DNA from: a virus
DNA length: 35,924 nucleotides
Strand: one strand, 5' to 3'
Virus record (IMG/VR): IMGVR_UViG_3300045988_097468
Shown here: piece by piece, positions 7,289 to 14,089 of the stretch
Numbering within the stretch: the first letter of the stretch is position 1
Layout: every line of letters begins with the position of its first letter
Notes under the pieces: model-generated
What the model was told of the DNA's origin: nothing
Databases searched by the model: none
The model's input: the letters and a program-made list of their open reading frames with translations, nothing else
Program-made: the position numbers and the translations under genes

Positions 7289-7864
7289 CTAACTCCAACC
7301 TTTTGTGGAATGTAATATGTCCTTAAGTTCTTTCAGCTTCTCCCGGATTCCAGCCATCATTCTGAGAGCATCGCTGTAATGGTCATTAGATATCTCACGC
7401 TCAAACTGTCTGACTACCTTCAACGCCTCTTTTTTTCTGCTTTCAAGGTCTGTAACCTCTAGGATTTCCTTGTGATTTTGCGCTGGCGCAATTACTTCTG
7501 TTCCTTCAACATCGCTTTCAGACGCTGTGCGTCCTTCTTCAGATCGTTCTTCGCCTTCAGAATCTGCTCGTTCAGGTTCTGAAGCTGGTTCTCCAGCTCT
7601 GTCGTATCCTGTCTCTGCTGTTTCATCCGCACTATCATTGCTTTTATGTCCTGCCTCTCCGCATACAGTATTTCCAGCTGTTTCACTATGTCCATCTACT
7701 GCCTCCTCTACATCGTGATGTATCTCTTCTTCCTGTGCCAGCGACATATCCTCTGTCTTCTTGCTCTCTTCTCTCTGATCTGCTGCCACATCTGCATTAT
7801 CTTGTTCACTCGCTTCCTCCTCTCCGAAGTGTGTGCCACTATCTACTTTTATCAAATCATTCAT
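7289..7864 (-). CDS. Highly acidic, low-complexity protein with a helical C-terminus
   Basis: 191 aa with a GGAGG RBS at 7-nt spacing. The central part is rich in Glu/Asp/Ser. It contains a nested alternative-frame ORF. Confidence 0.6.
   Translation of the reverse strand: MNDLIKVDSGTHFGEEEASEQDNADVAADQREESKKTEDMSLAQEEEIHHDVEEAVDGHSETAGNTVCGEAGHKSNDSADETAETGYDRAGEPASEPERADSEGEERSEEGRTASESDVEGTEVIAPAQNHKEILEVTDLESRKKEALKVVRQFEREISNDHYSDALRMMAGIREKLKELKDILHSTKGWS
7492..7695 (-). CDS. Nested 67-aa coiled-coil ORF in an alternative frame of 7289..7864
   Basis: ATG 7695 is preceded by GGAGG (7706..7702) with a 6-nt spacer. The product MDIVKQLEILYAERQDIKAMIVRMKQQ… has heptad-like amphipathic composition. 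Confidence 0.4.
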   Translation of the reverse strand: MDIVKQLEILYAERQDIKAMIVRMKQQRQDTTELENQLQNLNEQILKAKNDLKKDAQRLKAMLKEQK

Positions 7865-7880
7865 TAAAAACCTCCTCTAT

Positions 7881-9500
7881 CTATACAAAACACAACTGTC
7901 CGCTCTCTTCTTCGCCTATCCTCATGTTTGGCACCCTCTTCCTTACGCAAAGTTCAGGAAGATTCGCCCTTACCATCGCCGCCGGTATAGGTGGACAGAC
8001 TGCATTCCCACATCTCTTAACCTGTTCACTTCTTGAATATGTCTTACCTGTGTTGTCATGATCTATGATGTAATCATCCGGAAACCCTTGGCACCCATAT
8101 AACTCCTTTGGCTCAAGCATTCTGAGACCAATGCCCACTATCTGATACTCAACGCCTTGGATTGTTACAAGTCCGAACCGGTCTCTTGATGTCACTGTAT
8201 CAAGCGGCTGTTCTATGTCCTGCCCTGTACCCTCTCCGTAGTATTTAATCAAGAATGCTCTGACCTCTCCAAAATGTCCGGCTGATGTTGTAACTGTATG
8301 CAGCGGCTCTCTCTCATCCTGTCCTATTCCTGTTTTGTAGAACTTACTGAGGAACGAAGTCACAAGGCCATATCTGTTTGAACTGTCCACTGTCATGATC
8401 GGATTCTCTATGCCTTGACCTCGCACCTCGTCTGAATTTGTCTCCGAATGGTATTGGATAAGAGTCGCTGCAACCAACCGGTTATGATCCACTGTCGTTA
8501 TCGTATCAATTGGGTCTTCGGCTTTACTCCCACCACCTTGATAATTTCCACCATACGTTTTGTCTATAATAGGTGCAAGTCTCGGCTCGCATAAATAATG
8601 CTTTCCACTGCTTACTATAGTCGGCAACGGCTTCTTAATGTCGTGAACTCTCGGCGATTGTCCTTTTCGTTCTCCATATCCAATGGGTACAATGAACGGC
8701 TCTGGATTATCCAGAACGAACTTCTTCAGCCCTCTTGCAATCCTCTGCATAGTCTTTGGCGCAAGTGGCCTCACCGCCCGAATGCCGTACTTCTCCTTGA
8801 TCTCCTCTGATGTATCAAAGATACTCGGACAAGGTAAGCTGAAATCAAGCTGTGTATATGCTCCAACATAAGGCTTGAGCAGTCCCGCCTTGACCTCTTC
8901 ACTGTCTGCCGGTGCATGTGTGGGCTTTGGCCACATGATCGGTGCACCATCACACCTTGCGATCATAAAGAACCTTTTTCTTTTAGTCGGTGCTCCATAG
9001 TCTGCCGCCACAAGCTCTCTGAACTGTACCTCATACCCCAGCTCATTGAGCTGCTTTACAAACTTCCTGAAAGTATCTCCTTGCTTTGCCCTTATCGGAT
9101 GATGTCCTCTGTTGAGCGGTCCCCATGTCTTGAACTCTTCAACATTCTCAAGCATAATCACTCTCGGTCTCACAAGTGCCGCCCATCTGCATGCTACCCA
9201 TGCAAGGCCTCTGATGTTCTTATCCTTTGGTTTGCCACCCTTGGCCTTTGAAAAATGCTTGCAGTCTGGTGAGAACCAGGCAAGAGCTACCGGGTGTCCC
9301 TCACAGGCTTTCACAGGGTCAACCGCCCACACGTTCTCACAATAGTGCTTTGTGTTTGGATGGTTGACCTTATGCATCCTTATGGCTTCAGGGTCATGGT
9401 TGATAGCTATATCAACACTGTATCCTGTTGCCATCTCAATTCCTGTTGATGCTCCACCACCTCCGGCAAAGTTATCAACGATAAGCTCTCCGTTTATCAT
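7881..9500 (-). CDS. DNA (cytosine-5)-methyltransferase with an expanded, repeat-built target-recognition region
   Basis: Motif I DNFAGGGGAS, motif IV SPDCKHFS (Cys80), motif VI ENV, motif VIII QFRELVAADYGAPTKRKRFF, motif X GNAVCPP. Five P-[LI]-x-T-[IV] modules lie at residues 289-449. Confidence 0.9.
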   Translation of the reverse strand: MINGELIVDNFAGGGGASTGIEMATGYSVDIAINHDPEAIRMHKVNHPNTKHYCENVWAVDPVKACEGHPVALAWFSPDCKHFSKAKGGKPKDKNIRGLAWVACRWAALVRPRVIMLENVEEFKTWGPLNRGHHPIRAKQGDTFRKFVKQLNELGYEVQFRELVAADYGAPTKRKRFFMIARCDGAPIMWPKPTHAPADSEEVKAGLLKPYVGAYTQLDFSLPCPSIFDTSEEIKEKYGIRAVRPLAPKTMQRIARGLKKFVLDNPEPFIVPIGYGERKGQSPRVHDIKKPLPTIVSSGKHYLCEPRLAPIIDKTYGGNYQGGGSKAEDPIDTITTVDHNRLVAATLIQYHSETNSDEVRGQGIENPIMTVDSSNRYGLVTSFLSKFYKTGIGQDEREPLHTVTTSAGHFGEVRAFLIKYYGEGTGQDIEQPLDTVTSRDRFGLVTIQGVEYQIVGIGLRMLEPKELYGCQGFPDDYIIDHDNTGKTYSRSEQVKRCGNAVCPPIPAAMVRANLPELCVRKRVPNMRIGEEESGQLCFV

Positions 9501-10753
9501 GGCAGCACCTCCGGGTAATCATATATGCTCAGCTGTACCGCCGGTACATCTTCCCATGGCACTCCGATATAGTCTAGGACTCTTCCCCAGCCGAATTTCT
9601 CTCCAGTCTCTGGATCCGTGCAGCACCTGTACATGTAGAACTCCCATTCCTTTGGATTCCTCTCTCTGAGCCTATCAAACCTGTGTGGCCGTTCTTCCAT
9701 GTGGATTCCAAAGCCACACATGCTGCAGCCTGTCCGCTGTGCTCCTGTCGTTCTGAGATTGCCGTGTCCATCATCCTGTATTTGTCCATATATAGCCGGT
9801 ATGATCGTTTCAACCGGCTCGTAAGGTATTGTGTTGCCAGCCTTATCCTTGCTGTATGGCTGCTCATAATAAAGCTTTGCATACACATCTGTATGTGCGT
9901 GATACCAGGCATTCATCTCCTGAGCAAGTCTTAATATGTCATTTCTGAGGTATGGTGCAAATGGCGCTGATCTCATTACTGTCTTGCCATAGTAATTGCA
10001 TCCATGATCTGTGAGAGCTTCTTCTCTCTGACCACCTTCGGATGCCATCATGCCAAGGAACGGATAGCTTGAATGAGCCTTAGCCCAGTCATCGCATGGC
10101 TTCTCTTTCAGCCAATAGCAACAATCATTTGACACCTTGAAATTTGGCTTGTAATACATAACACCTTCATTCTCGTTCTCATATCCTCCGAACAGGTTAA
10201 GCCACTTCTGTGGCAACTTCATGCGGCTGTTCTTCTGGAAGTGTCCAAGCTTTCCACATTCGCCTGTGATTATTGCATGTCGAACTGTCTTATTGTTTTC
10301 AGTCGGATTCTGAAGCAGCGCTATCTTTCCCGCTATTCTCTTGCTGATAACCGGGAACCCAACTTCATTGAGTACCTCAACTTTTGTCTTGAGCGGGTTC
10401 AGGATTGTCACTCCAAGAGCTTTATGTACCCGCTGTATACTCTTATCTTCCAGAGATGAAACCGAGACCGCTGGAACATTGATCCCTATCGACTTCAGGA
10501 ATACGTGTAATGTAATACTGTCAAGACCGCCAACACTCACATGAGCCGTTTTGTCTCGTATCCGCATCTGCTCCATGAACTCTTCAGCTCTAAGTCTGGA
10601 TCGCCGCACCTTAACTTCATACGGCTGGCTCTGGAGCATTATCATCTTCTCCCTGGCTTCTTTCTTGCGCTTCTTGTATTCCTCTAAGCCCTCGTCCGGG
10701 CTGTCAAGTTCGCCATCCTCTCCAAAAATTCTCGTTATTAAGTCTTCGTTCAT
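9497..10753 (-). CDS. PAPS-reductase / PP-loop ATP-pyrophosphatase-like protein (DndC/BrxP-like fold)
   Basis: 418 aa. It has a PP-loop-like SVGGLDS (residues 73-79), NDCCYWLKEKP (CC at 211-212) and TGCSMCGFG (CxxC at 343-346). Its stop overlaps the MTase start (ATGA). Confidence 0.7.
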   Translation of the reverse strand: MNEDLITRIFGEDGELDSPDEGLEEYKKRKKEAREKMIMLQSQPYEVKVRRSRLRAEEFMEQMRIRDKTAHVSVGGLDSITLHVFLKSIGINVPAVSVSSLEDKSIQRVHKALGVTILNPLKTKVEVLNEVGFPVISKRIAGKIALLQNPTENNKTVRHAIITGECGKLGHFQKNSRMKLPQKWLNLFGGYENENEGVMYYKPNFKVSNDCCYWLKEKPCDDWAKAHSSYPFLGMMASEGGQREEALTDHGCNYYGKTVMRSAPFAPYLRNDILRLAQEMNAWYHAHTDVYAKLYYEQPYSKDKAGNTIPYEPVETIIPAIYGQIQDDGHGNLRTTGAQRTGCSMCGFGIHMEERPHRFDRLRERNPKEWEFYMYRCCTDPETGEKFGWGRVLDYIGVPWEDVPAVQLSIYDYPEVLP

Positions 10754-10843
10754 TCGCTTCTCAGGAACCCGCTATAGCATTACCCCGGCCGGAGGTTCGG
10801 CTCCTTTCGTGTGTTATTTGTTTAGATCATCGGCAAGAATCCT

Positions 10844-11212
10844 CTATTCCTTTCTTGTCGTTATTGTGTGTTTCATATACAGTGGCCAGAGCTGTTCCCA
10901 CAGCTCCTTGTTCGCCACATCCTTACCCTTTGTCGTTGTGTATCCATCCAGCGCCCAGCGTGCCAGGTTCTTTGTCATCATAGAGAGCACAAAATCATCT
11001 GCTGAGATGATCTCTATCTCACAAGGCCTTGTGAATCTGGATAATGCCACCGTGATGGCTGATATTGTAGCTGCGTGATATGTGCCGTATATCATTCCAG
11101 AGCCTTCCACTCTTGCGACTCTGCCACCCTGGGAGTGTTCTAGGATGTAACTGTATGTCTTGTGCGTCTCCTTGGTTGATGCGCTGTCCACGCTTACATA
11201 TATGCGCTCCAT
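10844..11212 (-). CDS. RNase HI-like protein, truncated and probably catalytically degenerate
   Basis: By eye it aligns with E. coli RNase HI: IYVSVDSA to IFTDGSC, AITVALSRFTRPCEIEIISADD to [20 protein letters not shown], and KDVANKELWEQLW to KPVKNVDLWQRLD. It ends before the H124/D134 region. Confidence 0.7.
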   Translation of the reverse strand: MERIYVSVDSASTKETHKTYSYILEHSQGGRVARVEGSGMIYGTYHAATISAITVALSRFTRPCEIEIISADDFVLSMMTKNLARWALDGYTTTKGKDVANKELWEQLWPLYMKHTITTRKE

Positions 11213-11986
11213 TTACTCCCTCCTTCTCATCGTGTATCTTCGGTATGAGTAACTTGTAACTGGGTTGATGCCCTCGTATATCCTGACTATCTCATACCCT
11301 TTCTTCGGCTTTGGTTCTCTCTTCCAGTGCAGGAGCTTGTCCACCTTCGGCTCTGGCAGTGGCATGTTCCGGGATGTGGAATATGAGGACTGTCTTATCC
11401 TCGGCTTTGACATGGTGCCATCTGCCTTATCCTCTGTGGTGTTCTCATCCTTGGTCATGTAAGCGGCCAGCTTTGAGAAATCGTCATCATATACCTTGTC
11501 AGATAGTCTGATCTGCTCGGCATATATACCGCCCTTATCCCACAGGCTCTTGATGATCGATGTCGTGTCTCCTATCTCGTTCACCACAAGGTGTGTGTGC
11601 CACGCTCCCTTGGTCCCTTGTTCGATGTTGCGGATCCAGCGGAGCTCATGCCCTCTCTTTCTGTATTCTGCTTTCACCTTCCGGATAAACTTCCCGAAGT
11701 GGGCTATCGCCTCCTTCATGGTGGGTGGTCTGTTCCTCTTCTCGTAGGTGAGGGTGATGAAGGTATCACCCGGACTGAAGTATTCAAGGAGCTTGTGCCT
11801 GCATCTCTTCACCTTGTTCTGATGGTTGATGATTGCCGCCTGCTCGGGTGTGGGCTTGCCTCTCGGCTTTCTCTTTCCTCCCGGGTGCCCATACCTGCCA
11901 TCGTGGAACTCCTCCACCTCTATGATCCGTCTCTTCCGGAAGGTGTAAGTCTTTCTCCTTACTATGTAATCACCCTCTTTTGTCAT
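11213..11986 (-). CDS. rep: HUH-superfamily rolling-circle replication initiator (Rep)
   Basis: Motif 1 FITLTY, motif 2 WHTHLVV (HUH) and motif 3 LAAYMTKDE (catalytic Tyr) occur in canonical order and spacing. A hairpin/AT-rich region lies upstream. Confidence 0.75.
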   Translation of the reverse strand: MTKEGDYIVRRKTYTFRKRRIIEVEEFHDGRYGHPGGKRKPRGKPTPEQAAIINHQNKVKRCRHKLLEYFSPGDTFITLTYEKRNRPPTMKEAIAHFGKFIRKVKAEYRKRGHELRWIRNIEQGTKGAWHTHLVVNEIGDTTSIIKSLWDKGGIYAEQIRLSDKVYDDDFSKLAAYMTKDENTTEDKADGTMSKPRIRQSSYSTSRNMPLPEPKVDKLLHWKREPKPKKGYEIVRIYEGINPVTSYSYRRYTMRRRE

Positions 11987-12000
11987 AAGATTAATAACTT

Positions 12001-12035
12001 AATCAAGTATCAAACAGGGCGCTCAAGTCCCTGTT
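12001..12035 (-). promoter_or_regulatory. Candidate double-strand origin / nick site for Rep
   Basis: The minus strand reads AACAGGG-ACTTGAGCG-CCCTGTT (7-bp stem, loop containing ACTTGA), followed by TGATACTTGATTAAGTTATTAATC. An AT-rich tract continues to 12128. Confidence 0.4.
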
Positions 12036-12128
12036 TTCCTTGCTTTTTTCTGCCTTGGGTGATAGAATAAATACAGGATATATTTTTCTTTTTTCACCCT
12101 AAAACTGGCGCTGTGAACGTCGGTTTTT

Positions 12129-12428
12129 TTATATCTGAATCTGGTACCACATGCATATCATGAGATCCTGGAATCTATACGGCATGTCTATGTCCGGTCT
12201 GATTGGTTTCATCAAGCCTCTGCTTTCCCAGTCCTTGTGTTTTATCTCGAGGTGGCAGTCGTATGCTTTCACTTCTTCCTCTCCCGATATGCCAAGTTCT
12301 GCAAGCCTTGCGCCGCCCCTGATGAATTCCAGGGACGCCTTAAAGCCTGTGAATACTGTCTTCCCATCTCTTATGATGATGAGATGGTCGGATCCTGCCC
12401 TGTAGGCTAACGCTTCACTCATCTTCAT
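12129..12428 (-). CDS. Hypothetical protein (start refined to MKMSEALAY…)
   Basis: GAGGAG lies 7 nt upstream of ATG 12428. The longer track ORF begins at a TTG inside the preceding gene. Confidence 0.55.
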   Translation of the reverse strand: MKMSEALAYRAGSDHLIIIRDGKTVFTGFKASLEFIRGGARLAELGISGEEEVKAYDCHLEIKHKDWESRGLMKPIRPDIDMPYRFQDLMICMWYQIQI

Positions 12429-12681
12429 CTTCCAGCTCCTCCACTTCGTCCTCGCACTTCCACAGCTCGTAGTCGTCCACGAACCCGTCATTGGCGTAAT
12501 AAAACAGTACAAGCACTGTCACGCTGATCAGGAACGCCGGCATAAGCACGGCGAACTCCTTCCAGGTCCACATCATGCGGAGCAGATAATACAGTGATGT
12601 GATCGCCGTTATCATCGATACTCCGACTATGATGTAGAGTGTTGTATTCTTGATTACTCTCTTTAGTTTCCTTTTGTTCAT
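12415..12681 (-). CDS. Small membrane protein (2 TM) with an acidic C-terminal tail
   Basis: Start MNKRKLKRV… (ATG 12681) has AAGGAG 5 nt upstream. It has two hydrophobic helices and a C-terminal EDEVEELEDEDE. Confidence 0.6.
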   Translation of the reverse strand: MNKRKLKRVIKNTTLYIIVGVSMITAITSLYYLLRMMWTWKEFAVLMPAFLISVTVLVLFYYANDGFVDDYELWKCEDEVEELEDEDE

Positions 12682-12813
12682 GTTTCTCCTTCTGGTGGCG
12701 CTCTTTGTAATGCCGTCACCTCCTTGTATTTTTGTCTGCGCTGACAATAGAGAACCTTTGCGGAGTCGAACCGCCTACAGCAACTGCTGCCTCCCGGATG
12801 AAAGGGTCCTGAA

Positions 12814-13008
12814 CTACACTCTCAAGCCAATAGCCTCCTCAAGCTTTGCTTTCGAGATGTAGTACCACCATTTACTCTTGTTCTTAACTGCATATCCAAT
12901 TGGGAGCTGTCCTCGCTGGAGTCCAGTTCTGATGAACTGCGGGGACACCTGCATCAATCTGGCTGCTTCATTGACTGTGATTCGGTTTCCGTCTGTTCTT
13001 TCTTCCAT
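12814..13008 (-). CDS. Small helix-turn-helix DNA-binding protein (excisionase/MerR-type HTH)
   Basis: 64 aa. ITVNEAARLMQVSPQFIRTGLQRGQLP matches the HTH_17/excisionase pattern. AAGGAG RBS. Confidence 0.65.
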   Translation of the reverse strand: MEERTDGNRITVNEAARLMQVSPQFIRTGLQRGQLPIGYAVKNKSKWWYYISKAKLEEAIGLRV

Positions 13009-13010
13009 GG

Positions 13011-13598
13011 TTATTCTCCTTCCTGTTGCATGTCGTATTCCGCTACGATCTTTTTGATATCGTCGATAAATGGCTGTATACTTCCTCCGTCAAGACTGCT
13101 AACAAGCACCTCGACATCCAACGTCGTCCGTAGATTCTCAAGAAAGCCTTTTCGAGCATCCGACTTTACTTGATCAGGATCTATGCTTACGCTTTCAGGC
13201 TCTTGTGACACGTACGTGCTTGGCGATAAGACATATGAGTTCTGCGCTATCTCTTCTAGGGGAACAGGGCGGCTCATTCCATCGTTCTCTATCACTATGT
13301 CTGTAGTCGTGCGGTTCTTTCTCAGCACTATCAGACATGTGGCTATTGCTGTGTCCTCAAATGTATTTCCGGGGACATTGACAACTCTATCTATGTAGTT
13401 GTTCTCTATGAACCACTGCCGGATCTTGCCTTCTCTCTGCCCTCTGTACAGTATTCCAGCGCCACAGGTTGGGTCGTATACAGTTTTTACGCTTATGTCA
13501 ACATACTCCTTAAGCTTTTCGGCGAGCTCTGGGGGCGTGTAGAATACGCCGCCCTTACGGAATTCCTGTCTTATGCTTTTGATACTCTTCTGTTTCAT
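13011..13598 (-). CDS. N6-adenine methyltransferase derivative with an in-frame internal deletion of the catalytic core
   Basis: It has GVFYTPPELA (motif X) and VYDPTCGAGIL (motif I). These run directly into …IRQWFIENNYIDRVVNVPGNTFEDTAIATCLIVLRKN (end of the MTase domain). No NPPY/F motif is present. Confidence 0.65.
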   Translation of the reverse strand: MKQKSIKSIRQEFRKGGVFYTPPELAEKLKEYVDISVKTVYDPTCGAGILYRGQREGKIRQWFIENNYIDRVVNVPGNTFEDTAIATCLIVLRKNRTTTDIVIENDGMSRPVPLEEIAQNSYVLSPSTYVSQEPESVSIDPDQVKSDARKGFLENLRTTLDVEVLVSSLDGGSIQPFIDDIKKIVAEYDMQQEGE

Positions 13599-13888
13599 GA
13601 ACCACCATGTCCCTTCGTTTTCTTGCCTGTGGGATGGTGGTATACCGTAGCTTTTATAAGAAGATCCTTGTCACTCGGCATAACAAACACTCCATTATTC
13701 TGTCTAAGACCATTTATCAGCATGCTATATGCGAGCTGTGTATCATCATAGTTATTGTATTTGCCAAGAACTCCTCCTCGTGTAGCCGTGCCAGCACAAA
13801 CCTTTATTGTGCACTCATCCCGATATATGTTCACAATGTGATCCGTGTTGTACACATCGTTGCAGTCTTTATTAAGTATGAACATCAC
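13595..13888 (-). CDS. Hypothetical protein
   Basis: 97-aa ORF (GTG 13888 or ATG 13885) with GGAGGA upstream. It overlaps both neighbouring genes by 4 nt. Confidence 0.6.
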   Translation of the reverse strand: MMFILNKDCNDVYNTDHIVNIYRDECTIKVCAGTATRGGVLGKYNNYDDTQLAYSMLINGLRQNNGVFVMPSDKDLLIKATVYHHPTGKKTKGHGGS

Positions 13889-14049
13889 TCATCCTCCTCT
13901 GCTCCTATGGCATGCTCACGGAATTTCCGTGCTTCTCTGCGCCACTCTTTCTCCGCTTTGCGCCTCTTGCATCTTTTGTATATGTCGGCCAAGATGTGAT
14001 ATACCAACACTCCTGTGAACACGCCGGCAGTTATTACTATATATTCCAT
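13885..14049 (-). CDS. Small single-pass membrane protein (54 aa)
   Basis: ATG 14049 has AAGGAG 7 nt upstream. MEYIVITAGVFTGVLVYHILADIY forms a TM helix, followed by a charged tail. The longer track ORF (to 14106) would run through the palindrome and the upstream gene end. Confidence 0.55.
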   Translation of the reverse strand: MEYIVITAGVFTGVLVYHILADIYKRCKRRKAEKEWRREARKFREHAIGAEEDE

Positions 14050-14064
14050 ATCTACACTCCTTCT

Positions 14065-14083
14065 GGGGTACAATTTGTACCCC
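14065..14083. promoter_or_regulatory. Perfect 19-bp palindrome GGGGTACAA-T-TTGTACCCC in a 40-nt intergenic spacer
   Basis: Read directly from the sequence. It belongs to the same motif family as the three palindromes at 18913..18995. Confidence 0.5.
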
Positions 14084-14089
14084 TGTTGA

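Noticed and set aside
7098-7298. A 66-aa alternative-frame ORF overlapping 7043..7276
   Set aside because: It has no SD, and the 7043..7276 frame has a strong AAAGGAGAG RBS. Unlike the nested ORF at 7492..7695, nothing supports its expression.
10754-10843. A GC-rich spacer (…CCCCGGCCGGAGGTTCGGCTCC…) between the RNase H-like and PAPS-reductase-like genes, as a possible RNA element or promoter
   Set aside because: Only short (4-5 bp) alternative stems are present, with no clear -35/-10 and no repeat elsewhere. The evidence is insufficient to call anything.
12748-12813. A possible tRNA gene, suggested by GGTTCGACTCC (T-arm/T-loop consensus) on the minus strand
   Set aside because: Only about 59 nt can be folded. 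There is no D-arm, no 5-bp/7-nt anticodon arm and no proper 7-bp acceptor stem with a discriminator. It is kept only as a low-interest structured-spacer finding.
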